Assembly (NCBI GenBank): GCA_000320545.1
Contig: ADNK01000489.1
Span: 124,001-188,000, forward strand
Length of the DNA stretch: 64,000 nucleotides
Source of the DNA: Bigelowiella natans CCMP2755
Lineage: Eukaryota; Protista; Cercozoa
Reading direction: 5' to 3'
Both the position numbers and the translations under genes were made by a program. The notes under the pieces were generated by a model. It worked only from the letters and a program-made list of their open reading frames with translations, was not told the origin of the DNA and did no database searches. The number at the start of each line of letters is the position of its first letter. Position 1 is the first letter of the stretch. Shown here piece after piece: positions 25,926 through 37,899 of this stretch.

Positions 25926-26840
25926 ATGGCTGCAGCACCACAAGAAGCGAAAAAGACGGAGTACGTGCCCCCCAAGGTGTGGGAATACAAGCCACAAGGC
26001 GGCAAATTCGGTAGTATCAACAAGCCAACCGCAGGGCCTCGGACAGAGAAGGAGCTTCCGAAGGGAAAACACGCTCTGCAGCTGCATTCACTCGCAACCC
26101 CAAATGGTGTGAAGGTTACCATGATGCTCGAGGAGCTCAACGAAATTTATGGTTTGGAGTATGATGCTTGGAAGATTAATATCATGGAAGGCGATCAGTT
26201 CGGTTCCAGATTCGTAAAAGCCAACCCTAACTCTAAAATCCCTGCTCTGCTTCACTACCACGAGGGGGCAGACAAGAAACCGCGGCGAGTTTTCGAATCG
26301 GCTTCCATCCTAATGTACCTTGCGGAACAATTCGACGAGAAGAATCACTTTCTACCGAAAGATGTAGATGCGAGGTCAGAAACAATAAGCTGGGTGATGT
26401 GGCAGATGGGATCTGCGCCTTACCTTGGAGGCGGCTTTGGCCATTTCTACAACTATGCACCGGTCAAGATAGAGTACGCGATCAATCGATTTACAATGGA
26501 GGCGAAACGGCAGTTGGATGTTCTTGAACGACATCTCAGTGGAAAGGAAGATTCTAAGTTCAGCGGTGGGAAATACATCGTTGGTGATACGTACACAATC
26601 GCAGACATGGCCATCTGGCCATGGTACGGAGCGCTAGCGCTGGGGAAACTGTATAGTGCTGGCGAATTTCTGCAAGTGGATGAGTATCCGAACGTTGTTG
26701 CGTGGGCAAAGCGGATAGGCGATCGAAAGGGTACAATTCGAGGTCGCATGGTTAACCGTTCATGGGGGGAGAAATCGGAACAGCTACCTGAGAGACACGA
26801 CGCATCAGATTTTGACAAGCTTCTTTCTTCTGAGAAATAA
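25926..26840 (+). CDS. yghU: Glutathione-dependent disulfide-bond oxidoreductase, Nu-class GST (YghU-like), intronless; possible in-frame N-terminal extension from upstream ATGs in ORF 25698-26840
   Basis: End-to-end similarity to my recall of E. coli YghU: YVPPKVW, SLATPNGVKV, NPNSKIPAL, VFESASIL, APYLGGGFGHFYNYAPVKIEYAINRFTMEAKRQLDVL, YTIADMAIWPWYG, QLPERHDASDF. Confidence 0.95.
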   Translation: MAAAPQEAKKTEYVPPKVWEYKPQGGKFGSINKPTAGPRTEKELPKGKHALQLHSLATPNGVKVTMMLEELNEIYGLEYDAWKINIMEGDQFGSRFVKANPNSKIPALLHYHEGADKKPRRVFESASILMYLAEQFDEKNHFLPKDVDARSETISWVMWQMGSAPYLGGGFGHFYNYAPVKIEYAINRFTMEAKRQLDVLERHLSGKEDSKFSGGKYIVGDTYTIADMAIWPWYGALALGKLYSAGEFLQVDEYPNVVAWAKRIGDRKGTIRGRMVNRSWGEKSEQLPERHDASDFDKLLSSEK

Positions 26841-26859
26841 ATGTGAACTACGTAGGAAA

Positions 26860-28000
26860 GAGAATCACACGCAAATTGCAGACACGATCATCATAGCGAA
26901 CCCCTGCCCCAAAATTCGAGAGAAAACGAAAGCATCCCGTTGAGTTCCCCCACCGCAAAAACCATGAAAGAAGATGTTTTGAAAGGGGTTGAGTCATCTG
27001 TCAGGCATTGACACATATCTAGATGTAGAACATCCGTTTTGCTGGCGCACATGCACCGATTGCAATGTGCGTTACCGTGCACGATGTCTAGCGAGAAGAT
27101 GCAAATGTGCATGTGTGATGGCAGCAGCAGGTGATGGACATACAGTCGCATGGCCACAAGTCACTGAGTGCGGCATTGCTGGATTGTTGTTGCTCGCTTG
27201 TTGCGTTGAACAAAGCGCTTTGAGCTGGCGAGAAAGCGGTGTGTCGAACAGTGTCAGCAAGTTGCATGTCGCTAGACACATCACTGGGTGACATTTTGTA
27301 TTTCACATGCGCTAGCTAGCACATGCTTTTGTCAGTGTGCGCAGTGCATCATGCATATTGTGCACTTCTAGAAATGCAGCGAAACAAACGAATGTGTGTC
27401 GACGATGGACAACGCATTGTGTCCAAAGTGTCGCAGCAGATGCGATGCAACTAGACAACATGGGCTAGCGCTGCACGTAGCCACCACTAGCTCCCTGCAC
27501 AATGCTAGAATGGCTACATTTGCATTGCTAGATCGGGATGACCAGTCGCAAGATGAAAGATGATCATTTTGAGCATCATATCCGCTAGTCTGGCGGACGG
27601 CGTCTCACACATCTAGGCATCAATGTGCTGACTAGCTGACCATGGTCCTGCTAGCCTGCCAACATCTACATGTACGTGTGTGCACAAAAATGACAGCTCT
27701 CGCACCGCTTCGATTCATGGCGGACATGTGTCGTAGCTACGCGCATAAACGTACGCTTTTAATCGCCAAAGTTAGAAAGCCATCGCTCGCAGCAGCATGC
27801 TACATATGCTCTGCAGTGCAGGCACTGCCGTGCTAGCACGCCATGAGGCTGCTACACTGACATGGTGCACACTAAATGTGTAGGTGTTGTACATCAAAAA
27901 GCATCAGATGTAACGTGTCATCTCTATGTATTATTGGCATTCCTCGATCTTAGTGCACACATACATATGACGATTGTTGTGAACTTAACAAGATTACTGC
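26860..28000. repeat. CpG-decayed intergenic island 3b (right flank of the GST gene)
   Basis: Dense CTAG/CATG/TGCA and no credible ORF. Confidence 0.65.
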
Positions 28001-28159
28001 AGCTGCAGCCTCAGCCTCGCCATCAAGATATGTCAACCTTATCCTGCGATATTGGTGAGTGATAGGCCCTCGTCTTTCTATGTAAAACAAGCATTTTAGA
28101 CTCCGAACTTTATTTGCCCAATCTCACAGGTATCAAATCACATTTGCGAACGGATACAC

Positions 28160-28201
<42 letters not shown>

Positions 28202-28287
28202 GAGGCATGTTCTACCACCCGCTAAAGATATTTTGATCCCATTGTACACATATATGATCTTCTGTCAAGAGTCATGCATTCCTTCTT

Positions 28288-31200
28288 TCAAAGCACACAC
28301 CAGTCTGGGTTAGATGAGGATATCTCTCGCGAAAATGCAGCCGGTGGTCCTCCTGGTGGCACTTCAGCAGCAGCAGCATCTTCAGGTTGAGCTACTACTT
28401 CTGCAGCAGCGGGTTGAACATCTGCTGCAGCGCCTGGTTCGTGAGGAGTCACTGCAGGTTCGACCTGCTCGCCATCTTGCACAGTGTCCATGGGATCGGC
28501 TGGTGCTGCATTATGTTCCATTAATGTCAACATCATGAATGTTTCGTGAAAGTAAAGAATAAATGCCTATTATTATCACTGCACATGCGCATTTACCTCC
28601 TCCTCCACCTCCCTCCGAGCTCTTTGCTTCTACTGCTGGAGCGTCAATTTCCATGGCCTTACCCCCTCCTAAAACACCACGGCAATGTAAATGGTAGGAG
28701 AAATCAAATGATGGGGAATTCATTCAAAGTCCATAGTGGGTCGTCGTATGCACGGCCCACACACGAGGCTTGGCTATCGTCAGAGTGTAGAATAAGTGGT
28801 TAATTTTTGGGTATTTGAATCGTCAAAGCGCGAATTCGCGCGCATCCGAGAATCACCGGTTTCTCATCATATCGTGTTCCAAGCCAAAAAGTGAGGAGGA
28901 GGAGGAGGAGGAGGAGGAGGATAGTCATTTTTAAACTAACTTATGTATTTACCTGCTTCTGCTGCTGCTGCTTCTTCTGCTGCTTTTGCTTTTACATCTT
29001 CTGCTGCTGGTTCAACGTGCTCCTCTTGACTGACTTTTTCTTTTCCTTCCTTCTCAGCTTTGCTTTCCTGCTCTCCATCCTTCCCATCTTCTCCTTTGGG
29101 TTTTTTACCTTGAGTAGACAACATTTTAAGAGTGATATTGTTAGAAGCTTTCCGTCTGTGCAAAAGATTATGGATGAAATCACCTTCCTCCTCCTCGCCG
29201 GCGGGGCCTTGACCAGCAGGGGACGATTTCTCTTCCAATACCGGGGAGGGAAAGAAATCTACTGTTGCTTCAACTCCTTTCGGTTCAACTCCTTCCTCGC
29301 CCTGTAGGCCCTTTTGTTCGTGAAGTACTTCTGAACCGTCCTCAGATTGACCGTACAATATCCAATGCGTGGGTTGTCTTTCGGGAGGAACTCCATTATT
29401 CGTGGCGGCATATCTTACGACGTAGGACGAAACGATGGTCGGCTCATTGAACTCGTAAAGAAGCTCTGTGCTGCCATTCTTCTTGAAGTTAAGGTCCATG
29501 AATGTTGTGCTATCATCAGCATCTGCAAGATTTGACAAACCGTGCTCAACCGGGCTATCTCCTCGCGGATTAATCGGTGCACGTGGCATCGTGAAGTGGC
29601 CACGAGAGAAGAACTGGATCTGGCTCAGCGCCATCACCTTCTCCTCCTCGCCGCCTCTTACTTTCGTGAACACAATCTTGTATTTTTTGAATCCTTGTTC
29701 TTTTTGCCTCTGTACGCGCTCTGCCCTTGCCTTCAATTCGGCGGGATCTGGCTGTGTGTGTTTTTTGACAAGGAGGTCGTAGTGTGACTTTCCCATGTAA
29801 AACGCGAGGTGTACTGGAGGGTTTTTCTTCTCGAATTGGGAACCAATAATCTTAGTTGCTTGAATTTCCTTATTCGTTTTGTAGTCGTTGGTAACGCGGT
29901 AGTAGATGTGTAGGGGTGTCTCCAAAACTTCGCTCAGGGCTTGTGCTTCAAGTTCAGTACCGAACACTTTATCAGTCATCAGCACCTGGCCATATACTGC
30001 ACTGGCTTGCTGAGTATCCGCTGCTTCAAGAAGATCCTTTCCAGGAAACATAGCCTTCATTTGGGCAAAAAGGGTCTTGGACGTCGGATTGCCTCCACCT
30101 GCGCTGGCCGTCTGAATAGCATGTTTCACCTCGGCCGAAATGGATCGAGCGTACTTAGGGTCTGTTTGCAGGTGCATTACTGCCTCTATTCGTTTATTCA
30201 TCGCCATCTCTGCAGTTTTTTCTTGACTTAAATTCCTTATTTTAGCTACTACATCCTGGATCTCCCCATCATGCTTGCATTCCGAGAAGGCTTTCCCAAA
30301 GTGAGCACCTCTCGACGAGGCTCCAAATAGACAATTTCCGTCATTAGGTATTTTGACGAAGTAGAAAGATTTGTGAAGCCGTTTGAAATAGTCGTCGTCC
30401 TGGCTTATTAACTTCTGGCGCTGTTTCTGCTTTATCGTATCAGCCAACGTGCTCTTGATGTCAGAAACAATATTGTTACAAATCTCCATGAAACCCTTGA
30501 ATGGGGTTGGGAGTTCCTTCGAAAACTCGGCTGTCTCTTTCTTGAAGTCTGCCATATCCTTGATCAATTTATCAACGTCCTTGTTACGCCCGAGAACAAC
30601 ATCACGTTGAATATCTTGCATTTTGCATGCCTTCTCGAATATCGAGTCCAGTTTTTTTGTCTGCGTGGAGGGGGGAATGAAATGAGTACGTCTGTTACAC
30701 ATGTGCGTGTGCTCTATTCATTTTAAGTACCTTAGCCTCGCCGATCCCGTGGGAAAGGATTCGCTTCCAGTATTTCGGAGTGTTGTCGACGACTACAGGT
30801 TGGTAGAAATCTGGGGAAATATGCTGCTGCTGCTGCTGAGCCCTTTTAGGATCACCGGTAAATCGGCCCATTGTCTGCGAATCTCTGGGCTGTAATTTTC
30901 GGGACCTCCGCGATACAATTTCGTCCCACTTGGCACTCCATCCCTCGTAATGGATCTTTACATGAGTTTCGTTGACCTCAATGACGGTGGCACTACGGTA
31001 TTTGTTCTTGTCGAGGGCATCGCACTTATCGCCCATGTTCAAAGTCATACCGAAGCCTTCCACTAATTCTGCTGGTCCACCCGCTGGAGCAGGATTGACT
31101 GCTTCTACCGGCGTATGAACATGTGTACCACCTTGTGCAAGTCTCTGGGAGGTTTTTTTAATGAACTCTCTGGTAGTCCGGCCTTGAATCTGCTGCACAA

Positions 31201-31327
31201 ACTCGCATCGAAACTGGCTTTCGGTAATGGAAACCACTTTGGCCTGGCGCCATTCTCCGTCCCTCTTCACATCTAAAATGTCGTTGGTTTTCACCTTTGT
31301 ATACCATGGTGCCTCATCTTGAGACAT
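28288..31327 (-). CDS. OTU-family deubiquitinase with two N-terminal Tudor/Agenet-like domains and a galactose-binding (F5/8-C-like) domain; multi-exon
   Basis: ORFs 30695-31327 and 28936-30702 join in frame through a 70-nt GT-AG intron (30730-30661; EAK|TKKL). OTU Cys box IPNDGNCLF, FGTELEAQALS and His box KSHYDLL. Tudor-like DVKRDGEWRQAKVV and VKIHYEGWSAKWDE. Further acidic exons run to about 28288; the 3' end is uncertain. Confidence 0.85.
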
Positions 31328-32453
31328 GGTCGCTTCTTATCCGTCTCGACTAACCAATCTCTTCCACCACTCTCCCTCGATGACACACTGTATGATTAAT
31401 TAATCAGCTTTTTCTTTCTTCCTCTATTCAGAAGTCATTTGTCCGATATTCTTCCGTGTATACTAAAAATGTGGTTAGTTTTATTTTAAGACAACATAAG
31501 TTAATAAATTCGTTGAATTATACCATGTATCCTAAATGCTTTCGTCAGTCTCGTCATCTGACACTTTCGGACCCCAAATATCAGCATTGCGATTCACACG
31601 ATTGCAATGGATATGGTTGACGTTTTAAAATAATGACCTTTATTTAGAATCAACAAAATAATAGAATATAACCTACATGCGTCTACTACAGATATTAGAC
31701 GCAGCATCAAATACCTCGTATTAGTGCTAAAGAGGATTTTATAAAATGATTCTCACATGATCTCACTTTTACGACAACAGATTTTTGTGTGCCTGTCCTG
31801 GGTTAGAAGCCAATTTTTTTCAACGACATCTGGGAACTAGGAGAAGGGGTTCTTTATGAAAGCAACATGCGAGGTATGATATCATATTCATCATGGGAGA
31901 CAAATGAAACATCATGTCGTAGAGATAAAATATCAGATTACACAAGCACCCTTCCCTTCCCTCTCAAAACATGCAATCACCTGCTATTCCCTATGATTTC
32001 GTGATTTGACCACCAGGTAGGAAAAAAGAAAAATGCCGTAAAACTTTATTTAGCGACATTCCTAATCGTCAAAATTTCTGCAGGGAAAGGCACAACTCTC
32101 AAGCGGCTCCCCCCCTACTAGTGCTCGATCATAATTTTCAACAGAGATAGCTGGTAATTTATTGAAATTTAGAGATAATGTTGGGATAACTTTCTCGTTT
32201 TCGACGTCAATTTTCATAACGCAAAACTCGTTAGTTCGTTTTGAGAAAAGGTGGTAACTTCGTCTGTGAATTTGTACAGAGCGAGAACCACACTCTTTGA
32301 AATAAGATAATAATTTTGAATTATTGTTTCTAGTAAATTCTTCAGGCATTTTTGCAAGGTCCAAACTACGAGGATCAACAAGTAGGAATTTATTGCATCA
32401 ATCATTTTGCTGTTAAGAGAAATCATCATCGAATATTATTCTTTTCTGGCAGG

Positions 32454-33985
32454 ATGGCTGGAGGAGCTGTGCTACGATCTTTTTTCCTCCTCATTGCTCT
32501 TGGCTCCACTGCCGCTCATGGTAGTACCAAAATTATGTTTGAAAATATTCTCTTTCAAGTAACACCGGTTCACCACAAATATTAGGCCCTGTGAGAAATG
32601 TAGCTCGATCTATCGGTTCCAGTGCAAATCTTGTAAGATCTTCACCGAAGATTCAACCAAAAAATGCTGCGCTTACTCCTTTTAGTATTAACACGAATCG
32701 CAAGAGGCAACCGTTGTCAGTTCCAGCCAAAAGGACAGACAAAATCGGAGAGGGGATCAAGAATGAGCGATCAAATGGCGTCTCCCACCAACCACTGGCG
32801 GCATTCAATCTACCTAACAATCAAAGGGCGATGATGGGACTCATGATGCTTGCTGCTCTGCTGCACACAGATGCAGCACACGCTCTGGACGTTTTCGACA
32901 ACGAGTGGGTTTCGCAATTCAAGGTGTTGGGCATAAACCATAAAATTTATTGATTGGTTCCAAAATAGCGGAACAAGATTCGTAATAATGTGGGGATAAT
33001 ATCTCTATCTTCCTGCAAAATTAAGTGGACATTACCACCTTTTTACTGGTCATCATAATCTATTGTTCTCAAAGTAACAACCTTCATTATTTTTCTGAAT
33101 GCAGGTGGATTTTGCTGGCTTTGAGATTGACCACCGCGTTCTTGTAGAAGGCGTTGTTGGTGGGCAATTAATTGGGTTCATCGGTGCGCTTGTTGGTGGT
33201 AGAGCTGCAAAGAAGCGCAAGGATGAGGTCGTGATCATGATGATGATGTGTATATTTTGGACATGATTGCGAATGATGAGAGGTGTAGAATAATCTGATG
33301 ACAAAAGACCGTATTTTCCTTCTCTCTTCTCTATCTTGTATTTCAATCGATAGGTGGAGAAGCTTGCAAAGCAGCTTAAGGATGTGAACGCGAAACTCCG
33401 TGCAAAGGCAAGTACTTTTTTGGATTTTTTTTTGGGATTTATAGACACACGCCATAGTCAGCAGAACGATCCGAAAGCAGTCGCAAAAACATAAACGCAC
33501 ACAAACAATCGGCATGATGGCCTCGAGAACCATTACTATCATGAGTCGCCAAGAGAAGTGTGAACTTGCTCCTTGTGTGAACTTGCTCCTTCTGCATTTA
33601 TCCACGTCGTCATCAAATGGTATAACAAAATGGCTATTGTATTCGATGTTGTAATTGCCGTCGCTCAGGCTCGCACCATGAGAAGGAAAAAAAAACAGGA
33701 GGTGAAGGACCCCTTGTACGAGCGCGTGTTTGGTACGATGAACGACAATACAACCAAAATGAAAATGATGAGTGACGTTTTTGCTGCGATATGTGCTAAT
33801 AATATAGGATACCTAAGGATGGGAAAGCGTACTCTTAAGGAGAAGAACGGCGAAGCCGCTCTTTCGGCTTTTCAGAAGGCAATGCAAGCGATCAAAGAAG
33901 CAAAACAGGCGGGCAGTTTCAACAACTTCATGTAATAATAATACACTCACTTTGGCACCCAATGCTTCCTAGAAGAAGACGGTGA

Positions 33986-34025
<40 letters not shown>

Positions 34026-34648
34026 GCCAATGCGTACCGTATTATCACCATATCGTCGTTTCCCACATGCTCAGGGCCGAACGCAAGTGCCATCGTGGCT
34101 TAGGTGCTGCACAATTACTACTCGGCAACTATCCTGCAGCGCTTCAGGTAAGTCGGATGAGATTAAGATGATGATGAGGAGGAGGAGGAGGAGGATGAGG
34201 GAGAGAAGGGTGGTTCAAGCACCAGCACCTCAGTCGCGAATAAGATATGGAAACATCTTCTTGTTCCCTTCCTCATTATCGTTCTTCGCATCGATTTTCA
34301 TTTTTGATTTCCGTTGCACTAATATTTACCTTTTGTTGTTTTTGTTCTTGCACAATTAGCATTTGGAGAAAGTGGTAGAGATCTCTCTTGCAAACAACGA
34401 GAATACGGGACTCGGAGACGCTTACGGTGCAATCGCTGATATCTATACTGAGGCTAATGACTTTGAGAACGCTGCCATTTACTACGACAAGTACATCGAG
34501 GTATTCACTAATCCTTTTTTTCAAACGTAAATTGTTGCCGTTAGATAATATGTCACGTCCAATAACTTTGCAGTCAATCAACGACGACATCCAAACCAGC
34601 GAGGATATTGAATTGGACGAGGAAGCAAAGTTGGTAGCCGAAACTTAG
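32454..34648 (+). CDS. FLU: FLUORESCENT IN BLUE LIGHT (FLU/FLP) homolog, a plastid TPR regulator of glutamyl-tRNA reductase, with a bipartite leader
   Basis: Spliced exons give GFIGALVGGRAAKKRKDEVEKLAKQLKDVNAKLRAK, YLRMGKRTLKEKNGEAALSAF, ERKCHRGLGAA and GDAYGAIADIYTEANDFENAAIYYDKYI, matching my recall of Arabidopsis FLU. N-terminal signal peptide MAGGAVLRSFFLLIALGSTAAH is followed by a basic Ser/Arg transit peptide. Confidence 0.88.
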
Positions 34649-35039
34649 TAATTGAAACGAACGTCAGGCAAATCACATATTTTGTCTTTTCGGTTTACCT
34701 GCATTAGGCTCCACAATGATTAGATAATTTGTGGGAAACCCGTATTTCTTGTCCATCGCAAGAAAATAATGGAAATATAAATCTTACTATGATCTTCCTT
34801 TGGTTCATTCCTTATTCAACTCTACAAGATCTGTCCCTACAGGGACAGAATAACTTTAATCCCAACAACATCGTCGAATCATAAATATCATTGCAAAGCA
34901 CTGAGACCTTCGGAACTTTCATCTTCTGTACAAACTTTATGAAACGCAAAAAAACGAAGGAACGATGAAATTGGTGTATCAAACAACCTCGCGTTCATAC
35001 GTGAAATGGTTTACAAGCCAAACTCAAGTAGTTCCATTG

Positions 35040-35860
35040 ACACGTGATCAAATTGAAGTAGAGGGCAAATAAACTATTGTGATCCCGCTACTTATGCTAG
35101 AAAAGAGTCTAGAGTGCATGTAAGTGTGCTATTCTAGTATTGTGCTCGCATGTAGCATTATTGTGCACACTGCTATTGCGCATGATTGCAGCATCTAGCC
35201 ATACCAGCACGCAAACTCACAGAACTAGAGAGCGAGGTGCAATATACGTATCGGTTATGCGGTCCGGACATGCAAGCAGGCAACATGACCTATGAGCGTT
35301 GCTAGGTTTTTTGTGCATGTCAGAACGCATGTGATGTGCACTGCTCTAGAGCGACGCTCTAGCGCTGCTACACACACATCATGATGGCAAACTCTAGAAA
35401 CTGTGCTTGCAACAAGTGTGCCATCTAGATCTAGCATAGCTAGCTAGTTAGCTAACTCTAGAACTCTAGAACTAGCTAAGCCATGCTAGCATGCTGCGTC
35501 AGTAATCGCGATTCATGCTAGCATGTGGTCGTTCCCATATATATGTCCATCTGAGACATCCATGCTGTGTCATGCATTAGTGTAGCACAGCATGTTGCAG
35601 TCGAGCAGTTGTGTGCGATGACGGACTGACTTCTAGACTTGCACACTTGCCATTGCACCGTCTAGCCGTGCCGACAATCTACCATCATGCACCATGCTAG
35701 CATGGCATGGCTGATTGCATGCATGCTGTGACACGATGCGATCTAGCGATGTGTGATCGACTGATGACCATGCCGCGCCCATCTAGCTATGTCAAGATGT
35801 CATGATGGTGTTGATTTTCCTGTTGCTGGACACCTGCCGTAGCCAGCACTAATTTGAGCT
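35040..35860. repeat. CpG-decayed intergenic island 4
   Basis: Manual count of about 24 CTAG in about 770 bp (about 3 expected at uniform composition), plus many CATG/TGCA. Confidence 0.75.
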
Positions 35861-35867
35861 AGTTCAT

Positions 35868-36335
35868 CTACCACTTCAGATGTTCCACAATATTTTGCCT
35901 TCCTCTGAAAACTGCAACATCGAGGGGTGTCCTTTCATCTTTGTTCCTGGTCTCAAGGTTGGCCTTAACACCCTTCACGAGGTACTGCGCCGCTTCAACT
36001 CGGCCAAAGCGGGCAGCACAGTGAAGAGCTGTGTTTCCATCGTTGTCCTCAGCTTCGACATTGGCCTTGGCACTCTCCACGAGGTACCGCACCGCTTCAA
36101 CTCGACCAAAGAGAGTAGCATAATGGAGGACTGTTCGTCCATCGTTGTCTTTGGCATCGACTCTGGCCTTAGCGTTCTCCATGAGATACCGCATCGTCCC
36201 AACGTTCCCAATGAAACCGGTACAGAGAAGGGGTGTCTCTCCGAGTTTATTCTTGGCCTCAACATTGGCTTTCTCTACCTCCACTAGATGGCGTATTGCA
36301 TCGATATCTCCCGATTCAGCGGCAGTAAAGAGGGC
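35868..36335 (-). CDS. Ankyrin-repeat protein (main exon; first exon not confidently found)
   Basis: GxTPL/T(V/A)LH..A..G....VRYLVE..KANVEAKD repeats. AG acceptor at 36337-36336 before ALFTAAESGD. Confidence 0.85.
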   Translation of the reverse strand, partial: ALFTAAESGDIDAIRHLVEVEKANVEAKNKLGETPLLCTGFIGNVGTMRYLMENAKARVDAKDNDGRTVLHYATLFGRVEAVRYLVESAKANVEAEDNDGNTALHCAARFGRVEAAQYLVKGVKANLETRNKDERTPLDVAVFRGRQNIVEHLKW

Positions 36336-36728
36336 CTAAAATAAACAACAATTTAGCACATCGGTTGAACGATGGTCCATACGCCTCGTGCCTATTTGTG
36401 CTATCCAGCCTCGCTTGATTTTCTTTCCTTTCTTCTCCTTCGTTATTTTTCTCTCGTCATTCATGTGAAATCTTGTTAGTTGTCATGATGGTTTCCATAC
36501 TAGAAGTTGTCATTATAAGGCATGCTATATACAGTAGTTTTTCTACCTGATCATGCACATGCAGCCCCACCTACAATAGTACGTCAGAGTTAGATATGGC
36601 TACTTCCTAATTACGCCTACTCAAACGCACACGCGATACATCTATACATAGTCTGAACAAAAATCATTTTACGCTTCTGATTTATCGAGCTATCTTCCTT
36701 GAGCAACGAAAAGAGGGGGGAAAGAAGG

Positions 36729-37668
36729 TCATACCTTTTTCAGATAAGTTATAACGGAGAATCTTCGGAAGGATAAAGCAATATCAAGAGGAGTCTTTTC
36801 CTCGTTGTTCCTGGCTTCAGGATTAGCCTTACCCTTCTCCACCAGGTACCGCACTGCATCAGCTTGGCCACTCTCAGCAGCAAAATAGAGGGGTGTATAT
36901 CCAAAGTTATCCTTAGCCTCGATGTAGGCCTTGGCATTCTCCACAAGGTACCGCAACGCATCAACTTGGCCATAGTCAGCAGCATAGTGGAGGGGCGTCA
37001 TTCCTTCCACGTTCTTGGTCTCGATGTTGGCCTTGGCACTTTCCACAAGGTACTTTACCGCATCAATCTGGCCACATCCAGCGGCATAGTGTAGCGGTGT
37101 CATGCCATCGTTGTTCCTGGCCTCGATGTGGGCCTTGGCGCTCTCCACTAGATACCGCACCGTGTCAGCCTTGCCATGGTCAGTAGCACAGTGTAGGGAC
37201 GTCCTTCCGTCTCTATTCTTCGCTTCAACATTGGCCTTGGCATTCTCCACCAGGTATCGTACCATCTCAATCTGGCCATATTGGGCAGCATAGTGGAGGG
37301 CTGTGTATTCTTTATCTCCCTTGGCCTCGACGTCAATCTTAGTAGTCTCGATGAGGTATCTTGCAGCATCAACTTGGCCATGTCGAGATGCCCAGTGAAG
37401 AGGTGAGTATCCAAACCTGTTCTTGGTCTCGATGCATGCTTTATTTTCCTGCACTAGGGATCGCACCGCGTCAACATCTCCCGACTCCACCGCAGCAAAG
37501 AGAGCCTGTGAAGACAATCCGTGTCAGGATACGCTCAAATCTTTTCGGTTCTATTTAATCGCTACATATTCTCTGAGAGGCAATCATCAATGAAAGATGT
37601 CGGTGAGGCGGGTATATATATTTATTGTTAGATCTAGAGACCTTTTCATTCGCCTGGCTCGCTCCCAT
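36729..37668 (-). CDS. N-myristoylated ankyrin-repeat protein (about 7-8 repeats)
   Basis: 27-nt first exon MGASQANEK (37668-37642) splices in phase 0 to ALFAAVESGD (37505-36729). Canonical TPLHYAA..GQ.DAV.YLVE repeats. Confidence 0.88.
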
Positions 37669-37899
37669 GTTTGGAAGCTTCGACGCTCGTGTTGTGCTGC
37701 TGCCTGAGGTGTCGTCAGCCGACGAACCGACGACCTACTTACGACATATGATTTATGGTTGTCGCTCCGTCAATTCAGGATGCGTTTTGGCTTGATTTTA
37801 GTGCGATGCTTCCTCCTCCTTTTCCATGTGTTTTTGGAGCACGATGGTGCTCTACAGCCAGCTCATGACACAGGAAAAATCAAGAGATTTTTGGTCTGC

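Noticed and set aside
24560-28000. Possibility that yghU is cargo of an intact transposon with terminal inverted repeats
   Set aside because: No convincing TIRs, TSDs or transposase fragments could be found by eye; the flanks are too decayed.
32062-32364. 100-aa minus-strand ORF between the OTU gene and FLU
   Set aside because: Protein-like, but no motif, no ATG start and no reliable exon chain; left uncalled.
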